Shown here: piece after piece, positions 52,788 through 63,726 of the stretch
Position numbering within the stretch: position 1 is the stretch's first letter
How the letters are laid out: each line of letters starts with the position of its first letter
Source: Phallusia mammillata
Taxonomy: Eukaryota
DNA: 64,000 nt
Direction of reading: 5' to 3'
Assembly (NCBI GenBank): GCA_965637545.1
Contig: OZ281494.1
Location: 22,878,001 to 22,942,000 of the forward strand
Translations under genes and position numbers: made by a program
The notes under the pieces: model-generated
Told to the model about the DNA's origin: nothing
Seen by the model: only the letters and a program-made list of their open reading frames with translations
The model's database searches: none

Positions 52788-53795
52788 CAGGGGTCACCAA
52801 ACTTTTTTCACTGCGGGCCGGATGAGTGCTAATAATGATTCGCGCGGGCCGCATAGTTCAGGCCTGTCAAACTCGCGACCCGCGAGCCGCATGCGGCCCA
52901 CAAACAGTCAACAAAAATGCCCTAAACAGAGTTTGTGTTACTGAAAATAGTATTACCAGCCTGGCAGCCATATGCGTCGGACTTTTTGTAGGCCTATTGT
53001 GTGCAAACAATGCGAAAAAACAGGTACGAAAAGCGTCACAATACAGATTATGACGTAATAAATAGTTAAAACTGATCTTCACATTGTGCAGCTCAATCTG
53101 TGCATCAAGTTGGAATTTAATCTGGGCTTTTGGGGCGTCAATAGATGGTATATATATGATATAAACCTTTTTCTTTACATCTGTAATTTTAAAACAAAAA
53201 CTAGCAGATAATTGGCGTCTGTTGGTGAAATAAGGATCCGCAATACGGCCGTCGTAGCGAAAAGATTGTTTAAGTTTATAAAACTAGATGAAAAATCACA
53301 TGCGGCCCTCGGCATAATTTCCAAACTGCAATGTGGCCCCCGAACCCCACGAGTTTGACACCCCTGGCATAGTTTACATGCCCTAGCGCCGTCTTTCCAA
53401 ACTTAGCTCGCGAGGCGTTTTTAGGTGCGCCAAGATATGGTCTTTCTACAATCCCATTTAAAAAGTAGTCATGCGACTGTTAAACTGTATAATTAGTCTC
53501 ATCTTACGAGCAATGCTTGTATATTACGCCACAAGTGACAAAAGAAGGCACTTATTTGCGCACAATTAATACTTGTAGTCTTGTCTGTGACGTAACAAAC
53601 TGGCTTTGGATCAATCCTGGGCGTTATAATCCTATGAAACTCGGTAACATCAATTCTGAATATCCCCACAGAAAAAAAATTGTAAGGAGTAGATTAAATT
53701 TTAATGTTACAAAGTTATTAATACAACTTGGCAACCTAAAAAATGTGGTCGCGGGCCGGACGAAATGACCTCGGGCCGTAGTTTGGTGACCCCTG
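52788..53795. mobile_element. Composite hAT-type MITE, copy 1 (CAGGGGTCACCAAACT ends)
   Basis: 16-bp perfect TIRs. The flanks TCCTACGA (left) and ATTTAGAT (right) do not match each other but match the flanks of copy 2 in swapped arrangement. Confidence 0.85.
52859..53366. mobile_element. Nested hAT-type MITE
   Basis: Ends CAGGCCTGTCAAACTC / GAGTTTGACACCCCTG; exact TSD GCATAGTT. Confidence 0.85.
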
Positions 53796-54152
53796 ATTTA
53801 GATGAAAGCAAGGCATAGGGCTAAAGCTTGAGTCGTGCATGCCTTATAAGGCAAATGATTGACCATTACAAAACAGCAGTAAACTTTTCGGTCCAACGAA
53901 TTGCGTCGTCACCATGTCATGTTAGCATTTTTCTTGAGTTTGTGTGACCAGTCAGCTTACCCAGGCATTGCACTGTAAATTAACCATAGAGCATTGAAAG
54001 GAAATTATAAATTCTTTAAGTTTTAAAGGCTAGTTGCTGCTGTCAGGCAAATGTTTAATGTGTTTGTCTTCTACGCAAAGTTAGGCCTGGCTTCTTAAAT
54101 GTTTGTTACTCGTCTTGGATCTGAGTCAAGATAATAATTCAGTCTCGTAGGA

Positions 54153-54629
54153 CAGGGGTCACCAAACTACGGCCCGCGAGGTCATTTCGTCCGGCCCGCG
54201 ACCACATTTTTTAGGTTGCCAAGTTGTATTAATAACTTTGTAACATTAAAATTTAATCTACTCCTTACAATTTTTTTTCTGTGGGGATATTCAGAATTTA
54301 ATGTGGCCGTAGGGCCGCAGGTTGTACATCCTTGACTGAAACTATGATGAACGGTTTAATTAGTATCATTTCTATTAATAACATATGAATTTGTATTTAT
54401 TAATTAAATTTCGGTAAATGTCTGTTTAAATAATAGCTTTCACTTTGAAATGTAAGAAAAATTTAGTATAATTAGATAAATTCTGACAAAATACTACAAT
54501 GTTTGTTGACTGTTTGTGGGCCGCATGCGGCCCGCGGGCCGCGAGTTTGACAGGCCTGAACTATGCGGCCCGCGCGAATCATTATTAGCACTCATCCGGC
54601 CCGCAGTGAAAAAAGTTTGGTGACCCCTG
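54153..54629. mobile_element. Composite hAT-type MITE, copy 2, inverted relative to copy 1
   Basis: Same TIRs as copy 1; about 145 bp at one end and about 130 bp at the other are near-identical to it. The flanks TCGTAGGA and ATCTAAAT are reverse complements of the copy-1 flanks. Confidence 0.85.
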
Positions 54630-54981
54630 ATCTAAATCATCATTCGAGTTTTACACAAATTTGTTTGTGCAAATAACTCTTATATTTGAAACTTTATCCG
54701 CCAATTCAATTCAATATCACAAAACCAAATTATCTCTTCTTAGTCTGAACAAGTTAAGAAAAGCGAAAATCAATCGTATGTAGTCCCACGCTAAAACATC
54801 TCGAAATAAACCTACTCGTAGTTGCAAACCATGTAATTTTATACACAAAAAATCAGAAGATTGCTTTTTGTCGTTGAGCGCAAATCTTTTTACAATTTTT
54901 TTTTTTTAATCAAACTTTGCACATTCTGTAAGGTACCACAGTAAATTACCCCACCAACAAACAAATTGGCTCTGTTGAATT

Positions 54982-55010
54982 ATAGATATTATAAAGTTTA
55001 TAATATCTAT
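54982..55010. repeat. 29-bp AT-rich palindrome (14-bp arms, 1-nt centre)
   Basis: ATAGATATTATAAA-G-TTTATAATATCTAT. Confidence 0.8.
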
Positions 55011-55122
55011 GGTTGAATGCACACCGTATGAATAATTTGATAATCGCGATAGTTTTGAATGGTTTCTTACGTATAATGCAATTGTAGTTTTTAAAAAAAA
55101 ACATGCATGGTAAGGTTTAGTA

Positions 55123-55427
55123 CAGGGGTGGGCAACCTACGGCCCGCGGGCCAACTTTGGAGCGGCCCGCGACTCGTATTTTATTTTAATCGGCCAGACG
55201 GAATGTGTGTGTAAAATCCTATTTTTGTACCAAAGAGTTGTTGCATTGAACGTTGATAGTTATTAGTTGATTACTAAGAATAAGTATTGTTACATACAAT
55301 GACAAAATTGTTGTGTGTTTGACTTTGCCTAGCAGTGCTATGTTATTGCATGACCATCGTTGCGGCCCGCCGCGGCAATATATCATTACTTTTTGGCCCG
55401 CGCATGCAAAAAGGTTGCCCACCTTTG
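55123..55427. mobile_element. hAT-type MITE
   Basis: Ends CAGGGGTGGGCAACCT / AGGTTGCCCACCTTTG; exact TSD GTTTAGTA. Confidence 0.87.
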
Positions 55428-55559
55428 GTTTAGTAGATGGGACAAAGTAAGCGAAGTATGACCACTCTATACCTGAAACTGATTGATTTTGTTCAAACAA
55501 AGAGTGTTAGCGTCGATTGATTTTACTGTTTTTAAGTTTATAGCACTCATAGTTTAAAT

Positions 55560-56090
55560 CAGTGCTTCCCAACCTTTTCCAGCTCACGGCCCACTTCCCA
55601 AAAAAAATTTTTTTGGCGGACCACCGTTTAATATTGCGACAAAACCACAATGAAAAAGAACAAACAATAAGAAAGAACAATAATAACCGCACAAGCAATA
55701 CTTCTGAAGCCTGAGCTTGCTGATTTGATATGATGAGATCAAGTCGGAGTTTAATTGGGAGACAAGTTCACACGCAATGCAGCATTTAGTGTATCAGTGT
55801 TAAGACTGTTTCGTGTCTTCGATTAAGTAGTGTTGTGATGCGACAATTGCAGTTTAAGTACTGTTATGACGTAACAATTGCAGTTTGTTTGTGTGATAAA
55901 GCTTTGTTTCACGTGAAATTTTATGCGACTTTCATAGTAACTAATATCATATTTTAGAGAAATATAGTAAAACTTGAAAGTACGTTCACACGAACTGTGT
56001 AACTTTTTGAAGTTTGACAAGCTTCGCGGCCCACGAAAAAGAACGTCGCGGACCACCAGTGGGCCGCGGCCCATCGGTTGGGAAGCGCTG
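55560..56090. mobile_element. hAT-type MITE
   Basis: Ends CAGTGCTTCCCAACC / GGTTGGGAAGCGCTG; exact TSD GTTTAAAT. Confidence 0.87.
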
Positions 56091-57071
56091 GTTTAAATTA
56101 TTTTTTTAGCGTTTGCAAATGATTCTGCAGTATACACCCTTTTCATATCGTATTTGTGCTGACGTAAACTATTGACGGTGTTTAAACCGGATTGTTTTGT
56201 TGTTGTTTTTTCTTTTTTTTCACATTATATTTAGTTTTAATTTGGGATAGTATCTTACAACTTGTGGCAATTTCTGCTCAGTGAAAATTATACTGCGAAA
56301 CTTGTTTGCAACCAAGCTCCACGAATGACGCGCCGTTGTGCTTTGTTAGCTATGCATAATATACCACTTGAGTGTTTTTCGATTTTATTGGCTAGGTGAT
56401 GTACCGAACCGTTTCAAAAGATTTCAACAGTTTAGAATTAACCGAATCAAATATTGTATGACGTTGCGCAAACCAGTGCGCCATGCAGCTTTTAATTTGA
56501 TCCCATTGGTTTTGCTGCAAATATTTGCGTTACTAAAACGTTGTAGTTGAGTTGCATTTTTACTTTAGATAAATGGATTTAAGGCTGTCTCGGCTGTTGT
56601 TGTCCACGTGCAATTGTTTTTCGGAGTAGTCAAAACGATAGTGCTTCAATGAACTCGTCAAGGCGATTTGTTAAAGCACTTGAGATTCTGTTGTACGTAA
56701 TTAGGCGAAAGGGGCAAGCTTTATGCCACAAAAACAAATATTGCTTTAGCAATGGTATTTAGAAACTCTGCTAAACAGATCGACAGACGACAGTTATCGA
56801 AAATAATAATCAGTCGAAAAACGCCAAATGTACAGAAACCGGTACAAATTAAGCTCTGAATAGCAAATTATTTACTTACCAGTTACCACACAAAACAGAT
56901 AAAACACTCCTAATGCGTCCATTACCAATGGATAAGAGTTCCAGTGCAACTGGTCTTAAGAATTGAAATAAATTTTCTGCAGTCAAAGTTGACATCGGGC
57001 ATTCAGGGTGGTTTTCCAAAATTTCCACCCACTCCTAATGAGTCGCCACAACCGGGTGATATAGTGTATGG

Positions 57072-57425
57072 CAGTGGTTCCCAACCTTTTGTGGACCGTG
57101 GCCCCCTAAAAGTAACTTTTGGGCTTCGTGGCCCCCCTCAAGTAACCCTGTAGGACCTGTGCCCCCCCTAAAAATGTAAATGGCAATCTCGTGTTGAAAT
57201 TTGGTACTAATTCAGGCTTTAAACAGGTCCAATAGCGTAAATAAGAATCTGTAATTGTGAAAACCTCTACACAAATAGTATGTGAAATAGTCGATTAAAT
57301 TAGGGAATAATGTTAAAAAGAAAATGGCTTTTAGTGGGTGTTTCTGGTGAATCTACACCCGTGGCCCCCCAGAACACAGCTCGTGGCCCCCCTGGGGGGC
57401 CATGGGCCCTGGTTGGGAACCACTG
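57072..57425. mobile_element. hAT-type MITE
   Basis: Ends CAGTGGTTCCCAACC / GGTTGGGAACCACTG; exact TSD GTGTATGG. Confidence 0.88.
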
Positions 57426-58094
57426 GTGTATGGTGTGGTCGGTTTTAAAATGTAAAAAGTGAAGGTGTATGTAAAACCGGTGTAGCAAGTAGGATCAAAG
57501 TTCAGCAATCTATTACGTCTTTAATTTTCAGAAACAAACACAATTAAGCAGAGTTTGTCGCCGTAAGGAAACGGATTATAATAAAACCCTTACAAAAATT
57601 TGGACAATAACTTAGTAGTAGCCCTATTGTAACGGTGTTCCATGATGAGGCCACATCAAACCGATCAAAATCATAAACGCTTGCTGTTCCGTTAAAATAC
57701 GAATAGACGAAGACACATTGAACAAAAGGTGAAAAAAGATCGTCAGAAGAATAAAAAAGCAATACCAAAACTGACTGTGCATGAGTTGGATCGAAGCAAA
57801 ATATACAAACATTTTAATAAGCGACTGGTTGATGGGTACGCACAATACTTGCATGATACATTAATTGTGTTGTTCTAAAAAATGATACTTACTAAACTTA
57901 AACCATGCAATTTTCATAAGTGCACTTTTCGCGTACCTGGAATAATAAAACAACCCAACAAAATGCCGGCAGAGAAAGGTTCATCGTGTACAGTTGGCGC
58001 GATCATAAAAAAACAGCACAAAGAATTTCTAGAATTCAGATACAGCACTTAAAGGGCAATTTGAAAAATTCTGAATCATGGAGCATCTGATGGC

Positions 58095-60790
58095 TCAAAC
58101 CAAAACCTCCTTATCATCGCCTTTTGAATAAACCTCCTCATCAGAAAACAGGTGTTCCTCCTCCAAGGGTGTGGCTTGTGTCTGATACTCAGGAACCTTT
58201 GATTCATCTAGTTCATAGTAAGCTGCACCGCCTCCAGTGTTTTCCAAGGACCCGTAACCATCTCTTGATTTCTGCCTTCTCCAAAAACAAGAAGCTACTC
58301 CGATGACAAAGATTACGGACAGCAGGATTGCAAGTATTGTACCTGTGATGTTGAACAAGTTTTAGCATCCTGGTGCAAATCCCACCAATAGTACAAAAAA
58401 TTGTTCGTTTTGTTTTAACCACCAGTGTGAAACGAAATAACAACATGTTATAATTCAAAGCATTTGATTTAAACAATTTTACCGACCGACGCTGACGGGG
58501 CGTTTGGAGGACGAATCGATGCGAAGATTAATAGTTTTGTTCACCACCAGATCGTGTCCTTTGTTATCTGTTCCTACCATCATGCATTTATATTTTCCAA
58601 GCTGATCACGAGTCACTTCCTTGATCTCGAAACACACGTGGCCTGATGATGTAACATAAGAGGTCATAAAAGGGTCGAAAAACAAAAAGTTCTCGGGGTC
58701 TACAAACCCACGAAAAATGAGTTTCGCGTTTCAAAAACTACCGAGAATGAAAATAACGGAGGTCAGTTAACACGATTTTACTTTAAACTGACTTTCGTTT
58801 TGGACAAACAGGTTGGTTGAAATAGTTGTTAATATAATCTCCAGTATAAGCAGTTAAGTTTTAACCCAAATTCTAAACGAACATGTTTTCGTGTAATTTT
58901 TAAAAAAAGCAAAAAAAAATACTAAACGATTACATAGCGAACTTAAATTGATATGATACCTATGCCTGTGATCAAAGTTTGTTGGACTTCGTTGAACAAA
59001 GTAAGATGGGGAATCGGCATTCCATGGCCGGAACAAGTAAGGTTGACGTTTCCACCTTCCACAGCATCGACATTGATTGAAACGGCAGACGAATTTAATG
59101 GAAAGTTAAAGAAGGCTTTTCGGCAAACTAGATCGTGTTTTGTCTTGTCTGTTAGTGCAGTTTTTCGCCCATCTGGACCAGGGCACATCGGTAAACTTAA
59201 ACTGCAAACAGACAAAGTGAAAAAAATTGAGGGTTATTTGATGTTTGTTGCAGGTATCGTTTAATCCCATTGTACGTAGGTACGATGGTTTACCTGGTTA
59301 AAGTCAAATAACAAAACAGATACGAACTTTCATCAAGTCAACACTTTCTATTTCCCTAACACCAATTAATTAATATTTGCTACCTTCTTAAATCAGCATT
59401 TATGACAATTTAAGTCAGTCCGGAGTCCTGAGTTCGGACTTCTGAGCAGTGCAGTTTTGATGAAGGCATTTTCATTGCGTCATGTTTGTTAGTTTGGGTA
59501 TAATAAGTCATATTTAAAACCCTTCATTTTTTGAAACCCTTCATTTAGTAAATACCAGCACTAAGGTTCTTATCCATTAATAGTTCGTGTCCCCCTGCTC
59601 ACCAAAAATAGAAGAATTTTGAGCATTTCGAAGGTTAAAAGGTTTAATGAAGAATAACATTTAAAAAAAATCACAACGAACAAAAACAAGAAGATAAAAA
59701 TGGCTTTACTTTCATTAAACTAGTGGCTATATCTAACTGATCTTCAAATGAATATAAAAGACAACTTACTGGCTATTCCGTACAACACTAAGTCGTTGTT
59801 TGTGAGATGTCACGCTGTGGACAAACGGCCACATTCTGCAGTCACATGACCATCTGTTTGCATCAAGCTCAATCTCTGAAGTGGCACTGAGACTCATGTT
59901 TGCAATCCACGTCCTGTGAAACACAGGAATGGTCCAGTTTAGAAATGCTAAGTAAAGATTCGACTATAAAGGTAATTCCGCATAGCACCAAAAAGATATT
60001 TGTACTGTTTTTGTCAACTGAGCTCAATCGTATGGACGATCTGAAATTCTTGCTATCATCACCATTAAAAAAAAATAAACGACGCAAGTTCTGTTTTTGT
60101 CAAAACAGAAACATTTTCATTCCACCTACGTACGAGCTAATTGTAACCAATTATAAACGAAATTTGAACTACAAATCATCAGAAATAAACTAAGCAAGGC
60201 AAGAGAGAACAAACAAAACAATAAAACACTTACCAGTACGCAGTCTCCAGAAGATTTTCTTCCAAATACAACGTGGATAGAGCATTCGCGGTGCTAAATG
60301 CCATTGGGTGTACAGCAACCAATCGATTGTTGGCCAAACGAAGTTGTGTTAGTTTAGGTAAGTTGGCAAACACATACTGATCAATGTGAGTAATTTGGTT
60401 GTCGCTACAGTAGAATTCTTGAAGATTTGGCGTTTTGCTAAAAAGATTCGAAGGCAAGTTTGTAAGGTTATTGTTGTTTAAATATACTGCATGTAGATCT
60501 GGGTTTTTGTAAAATGTTTTTCCAGGTATTTTTGTGAGACTGTTGTTGGTAAGATATATCCACTGCATGTTTGTAAGAAGATAGAAAGAATGAACGTCCA
60601 ACGAAACTAAGCCATTATGTTCGAAGCGATAATCCAGTTTGTCTTTCGGAAACGTAAGTTGGTTCGGTGCTTTCTGCAGGTTTCCACAATCAACTTCGCG
60701 TGATTTGCATAAGCAATCAGAGCATTTTTGTTTGCTTGCTAATGCCAGTACGAAATAAGAAAACGCTAACACGCACCAACAAATTCTCAT
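58095..60790 (-). CDS. LRR-Ig single-pass receptor (signal peptide, LRRNT, about six 24-aa LRRs, LRRCT, Ig, TM, ITAM-like tail); about 448 aa
   Basis: Phase-consistent exons: 60790-60234, 59913-59770, 59201-58960, 58642-58487, 58342-58095. Signal peptide MRICWCVLAFSYFVLALA; LRRNT CSDCLCKSREVDC; LRR cores such as LHAVYLNNNNL; LRRCT NRWSCDC...C; Ig VEGGNVNLTC...DQLGKYKC; TM ILAILLSVIFVIGVASCFW; tail YGSL-x8-YYEL. Confidence 0.85.
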
Positions 60791-63495
60791 TTTGCAGCAA
60801 CTTGTTTCAAGGTTAGGAAAAGCCTTTGGAATAAAAAATGTTAAAAGTGTACATCTGGCTGAAAAAATACGACGCAGAAAATATCTGCACAATAAAAGTA
60901 AGGGGACCCACAACAAGTAAACCGTTAAAACGTTACAAGCCGTGCTAAACATACTATTCATTACCCATTTTCAGCTTGAACCCAATAATTTTATGACATA
61001 TTTGCTTTATCAAGCAAAACCATGTTCGTCGAACACCATTCATTTAAGAAGCCTGAGCAAGTATAAATCAGGTCTATTGCATGGCAGCAAGGCGTTCATG
61101 CGTGAAATACACTGTGTCGGCGCAATCACAAACCTGTCTTTACCCCCTAAGAGTCTCGAATACGGTGGCTGGGACAGAACCGTTCGCAAATATGTGGAGA
61201 TGAGCCGATCTGGTTTAAATTCTTATATTTCAATAATTGTTCAAATTTTAGCAAGTTTTAATGCACAACTACAGAAAACTATTTATCATGCGTGTCAAAG
61301 GGAAAAAATAAACCAAGCAAACCCGTAAACGTCTTTCATTTATATTTTAACAGCTTTATTCAAACCTTCACTTGGCTGTAATGGATTGCACTAAAAAGGC
61401 ATTGAAACTATCTAGCAAACCAGTTTTTAAAATAATGCACAAAAGTTAAAAATTAAACATCAAGGGTTGACAATCTTTTGTGGCGAACGCCAAAATCCCT
61501 ACTTAGTCTGAAGTCTGAACTAAACACTCGCACAGGGTTGTACTTAACGACTTTCGTCATTTTTTGTCAAATGTTTAGTGACTTTACTTCGCTACTTATT
61601 CTTGATATCGCCTGTTTCATCACAATTCATTACCACCATTGCAATAGTCTACGTTTTTGCATCAGACCACAACTTGACCACCAATAATTTACAGCTTTAT
61701 TAGTTTATTGACGTCACAATGACTTGGAATTCAGACTGCTCGAACCACCCCGAGGGAATCGCTAGACAAAACATTACGACGAAATACAAGGCTTCTTTTG
61801 CCTGAAACAATAGGTTGTTAATTTGTAGTCTATTGTTGTGAAACAACATTTTTAAAACGCTTCATAGTTTACAGTAGTTTCAAGGTCCACATCTCTTTGC
61901 TGGTTAAATAGCCGTTGTGTGCAAATACATTGCAAATATCTATTTTTAAACTGGTTTGATAACCTCTTAACGGTAGTAATACCAACGTACAAGTATACCC
62001 AACAACACACTTAAGGCCTTACTAGAAAGGCTTTCTGCCTCGCTTGAAAGGCTTTTTGTAAACTGACTTCCTGCTTTCAGCCCCAAGGTGCTAAAAATGA
62101 CGTCAAAAATACACCAGGTTTGTTAAAAACCTATTGGGAAACTCTGCGTCCCAACCTGATTAAGCACCATGAAGCCAAATTTTTTCCTTTCTTAATCTGG
62201 TGTAATCTGTCTGTGCAAACATCTGAATAAGCTCACCAAACCGCAATGTCTGCTGTTAATAGAAATGCCTCCTAAAAATAATCAATGTTATATAGTGCCA
62301 AGCCAATATATCTCAAATCAAATCTGCTTGCTATAGCTTAACCGTGTAAATCCACAACAAGGAGAAATTAAGAGGTTATTTTATGTCGCTGGTATAAGAA
62401 AATGGTCTCCTAACAATTGCCCAGGGCTAACGGAAGGTTGGTGTCTCGTTCGCAACTTAGTTTGGTCAATGACGCGCCGATACGCTTGGCTAGCCACGTG
62501 TAACGTAACACAAGGTTGGTTTTGCAGTTTCAGCAAATCCGCTGGAGGTTTAGTTCGCATTTAATCCCTTAAAATGATGTTTTTACCTCCATTGGTTACC
62601 TTTTGGCCGCGCACTGTTCGTACCAGTAAACAATGTTTGATTTCTCCGTTTTGGGAAATATTTGTCGTTTAAAAAACGGTTAACACTTTTGCCGTGAAAC
62701 TTAAGTTACGTTGGTGGTTATCTTGGCAACGCAAATTCATTGCCTGTTCTAGTTCTTTTTTAATCAAAACCTTAATGATAGTTTTACCGCAAATTGTCTG
62801 TTAAGTATCCGGATCGGCAGTCAATTATTGCCAGAGGCGCTCAATATCAATAGCCGAAAAATGTTAAGTGCGTCGAAGCTATCACATATTACGGCCACCT
62901 GATGAGCAGTCATGTGTTTACCACACGAAACAGTAACTCATAGATAGTCAACTGATGCAACTGTATTAATGTGATTTTTCCTAGCAGGTTATTTTTACGT
63001 GTCTGCTTGCCAAAACGCTTTATTTTCATTTAAAACTTATTACTGGAATGTTTCTGTCATATACATCAAAAATGACTTAGTTTGTGCCCACTGGTGGGTA
63101 TTAAAACAAATGACCAATGACATAAACTTGCTAAATGGTTTTATTTTACACAATCACCTGAATTTGTATTTTACTAAATCAAAAAATGTAAATATCCGCT
63201 ATTCAAATCAAAAAAATCACTTATTAATCTAAAAAAAAACACTTGTATAACTCGCTTTACCAATAGACTTTTTCAAAAGCAATGTTTTGTAATGCTTTGA
63301 AAAACATCAATAGTTATTGTCCACAAGACCCAGAAACAGCAACTAAAAATGAAAACAATAGCACAATAACATTACATTAAGTTTTACACTTCAATATTGT
63401 TTTTTTTTCGTTTTTTTTTAAGAGCAGCACTTGTCTCATGGAAATCTAGTAGTATTCCAAAATTGAACTTCTTCCTATAGTATGCAATTTGAGTT

Positions 63496-63726
63496 TCAGT
63501 TGCATTTCATTTGACCTGACTGCTCTAAAACAGTTCTTAGTTGTTTTGAAAAATCATCTTCAATATTGTCATCATCCCAGTCCTCTTCCCAGAAAACTTC
63601 TGGTTCCTTTTCTACATCTTCCCACTCCTCAGCCGGGAATTCCTCAAATTCATCATCTTCCTCCAAGGAGCCAAGATCTGATGTTTTCTTTTCCTCCTTT
63701 TCCACTGTTTTCTTTTTGTCAGACAT
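63496..63726 (-). CDS. SEM1: SEM1/DSS1 (26S proteasome subunit, BRCA2 cofactor), intronless CDS
   Basis: Diagnostic motifs [19 protein letters not shown] and [19 protein letters not shown] in a 76-aa ORF. Confidence 0.96.
   Translation of the reverse strand: MSDKKKTVEKEEKKTSDLGSLEEDDEFEEFPAEEWEDVEKEPEVFWEEDWDDDNIEDDFSKQLRTVLEQSGQMKCN

Noticed and set aside
60791-60961. In-frame upstream extension of the LRR ORF in the ORF track
   Set aside because: The paralog fragment's homology starts at the same AAAATG (MRI...), which is followed by a proper signal peptide; the extension is probably 5'UTR.
60942-61328. 128-aa plus-strand ORF
   Set aside because: No recognisable domain; it lies in the presumptive upstream region of the LRR receptor.
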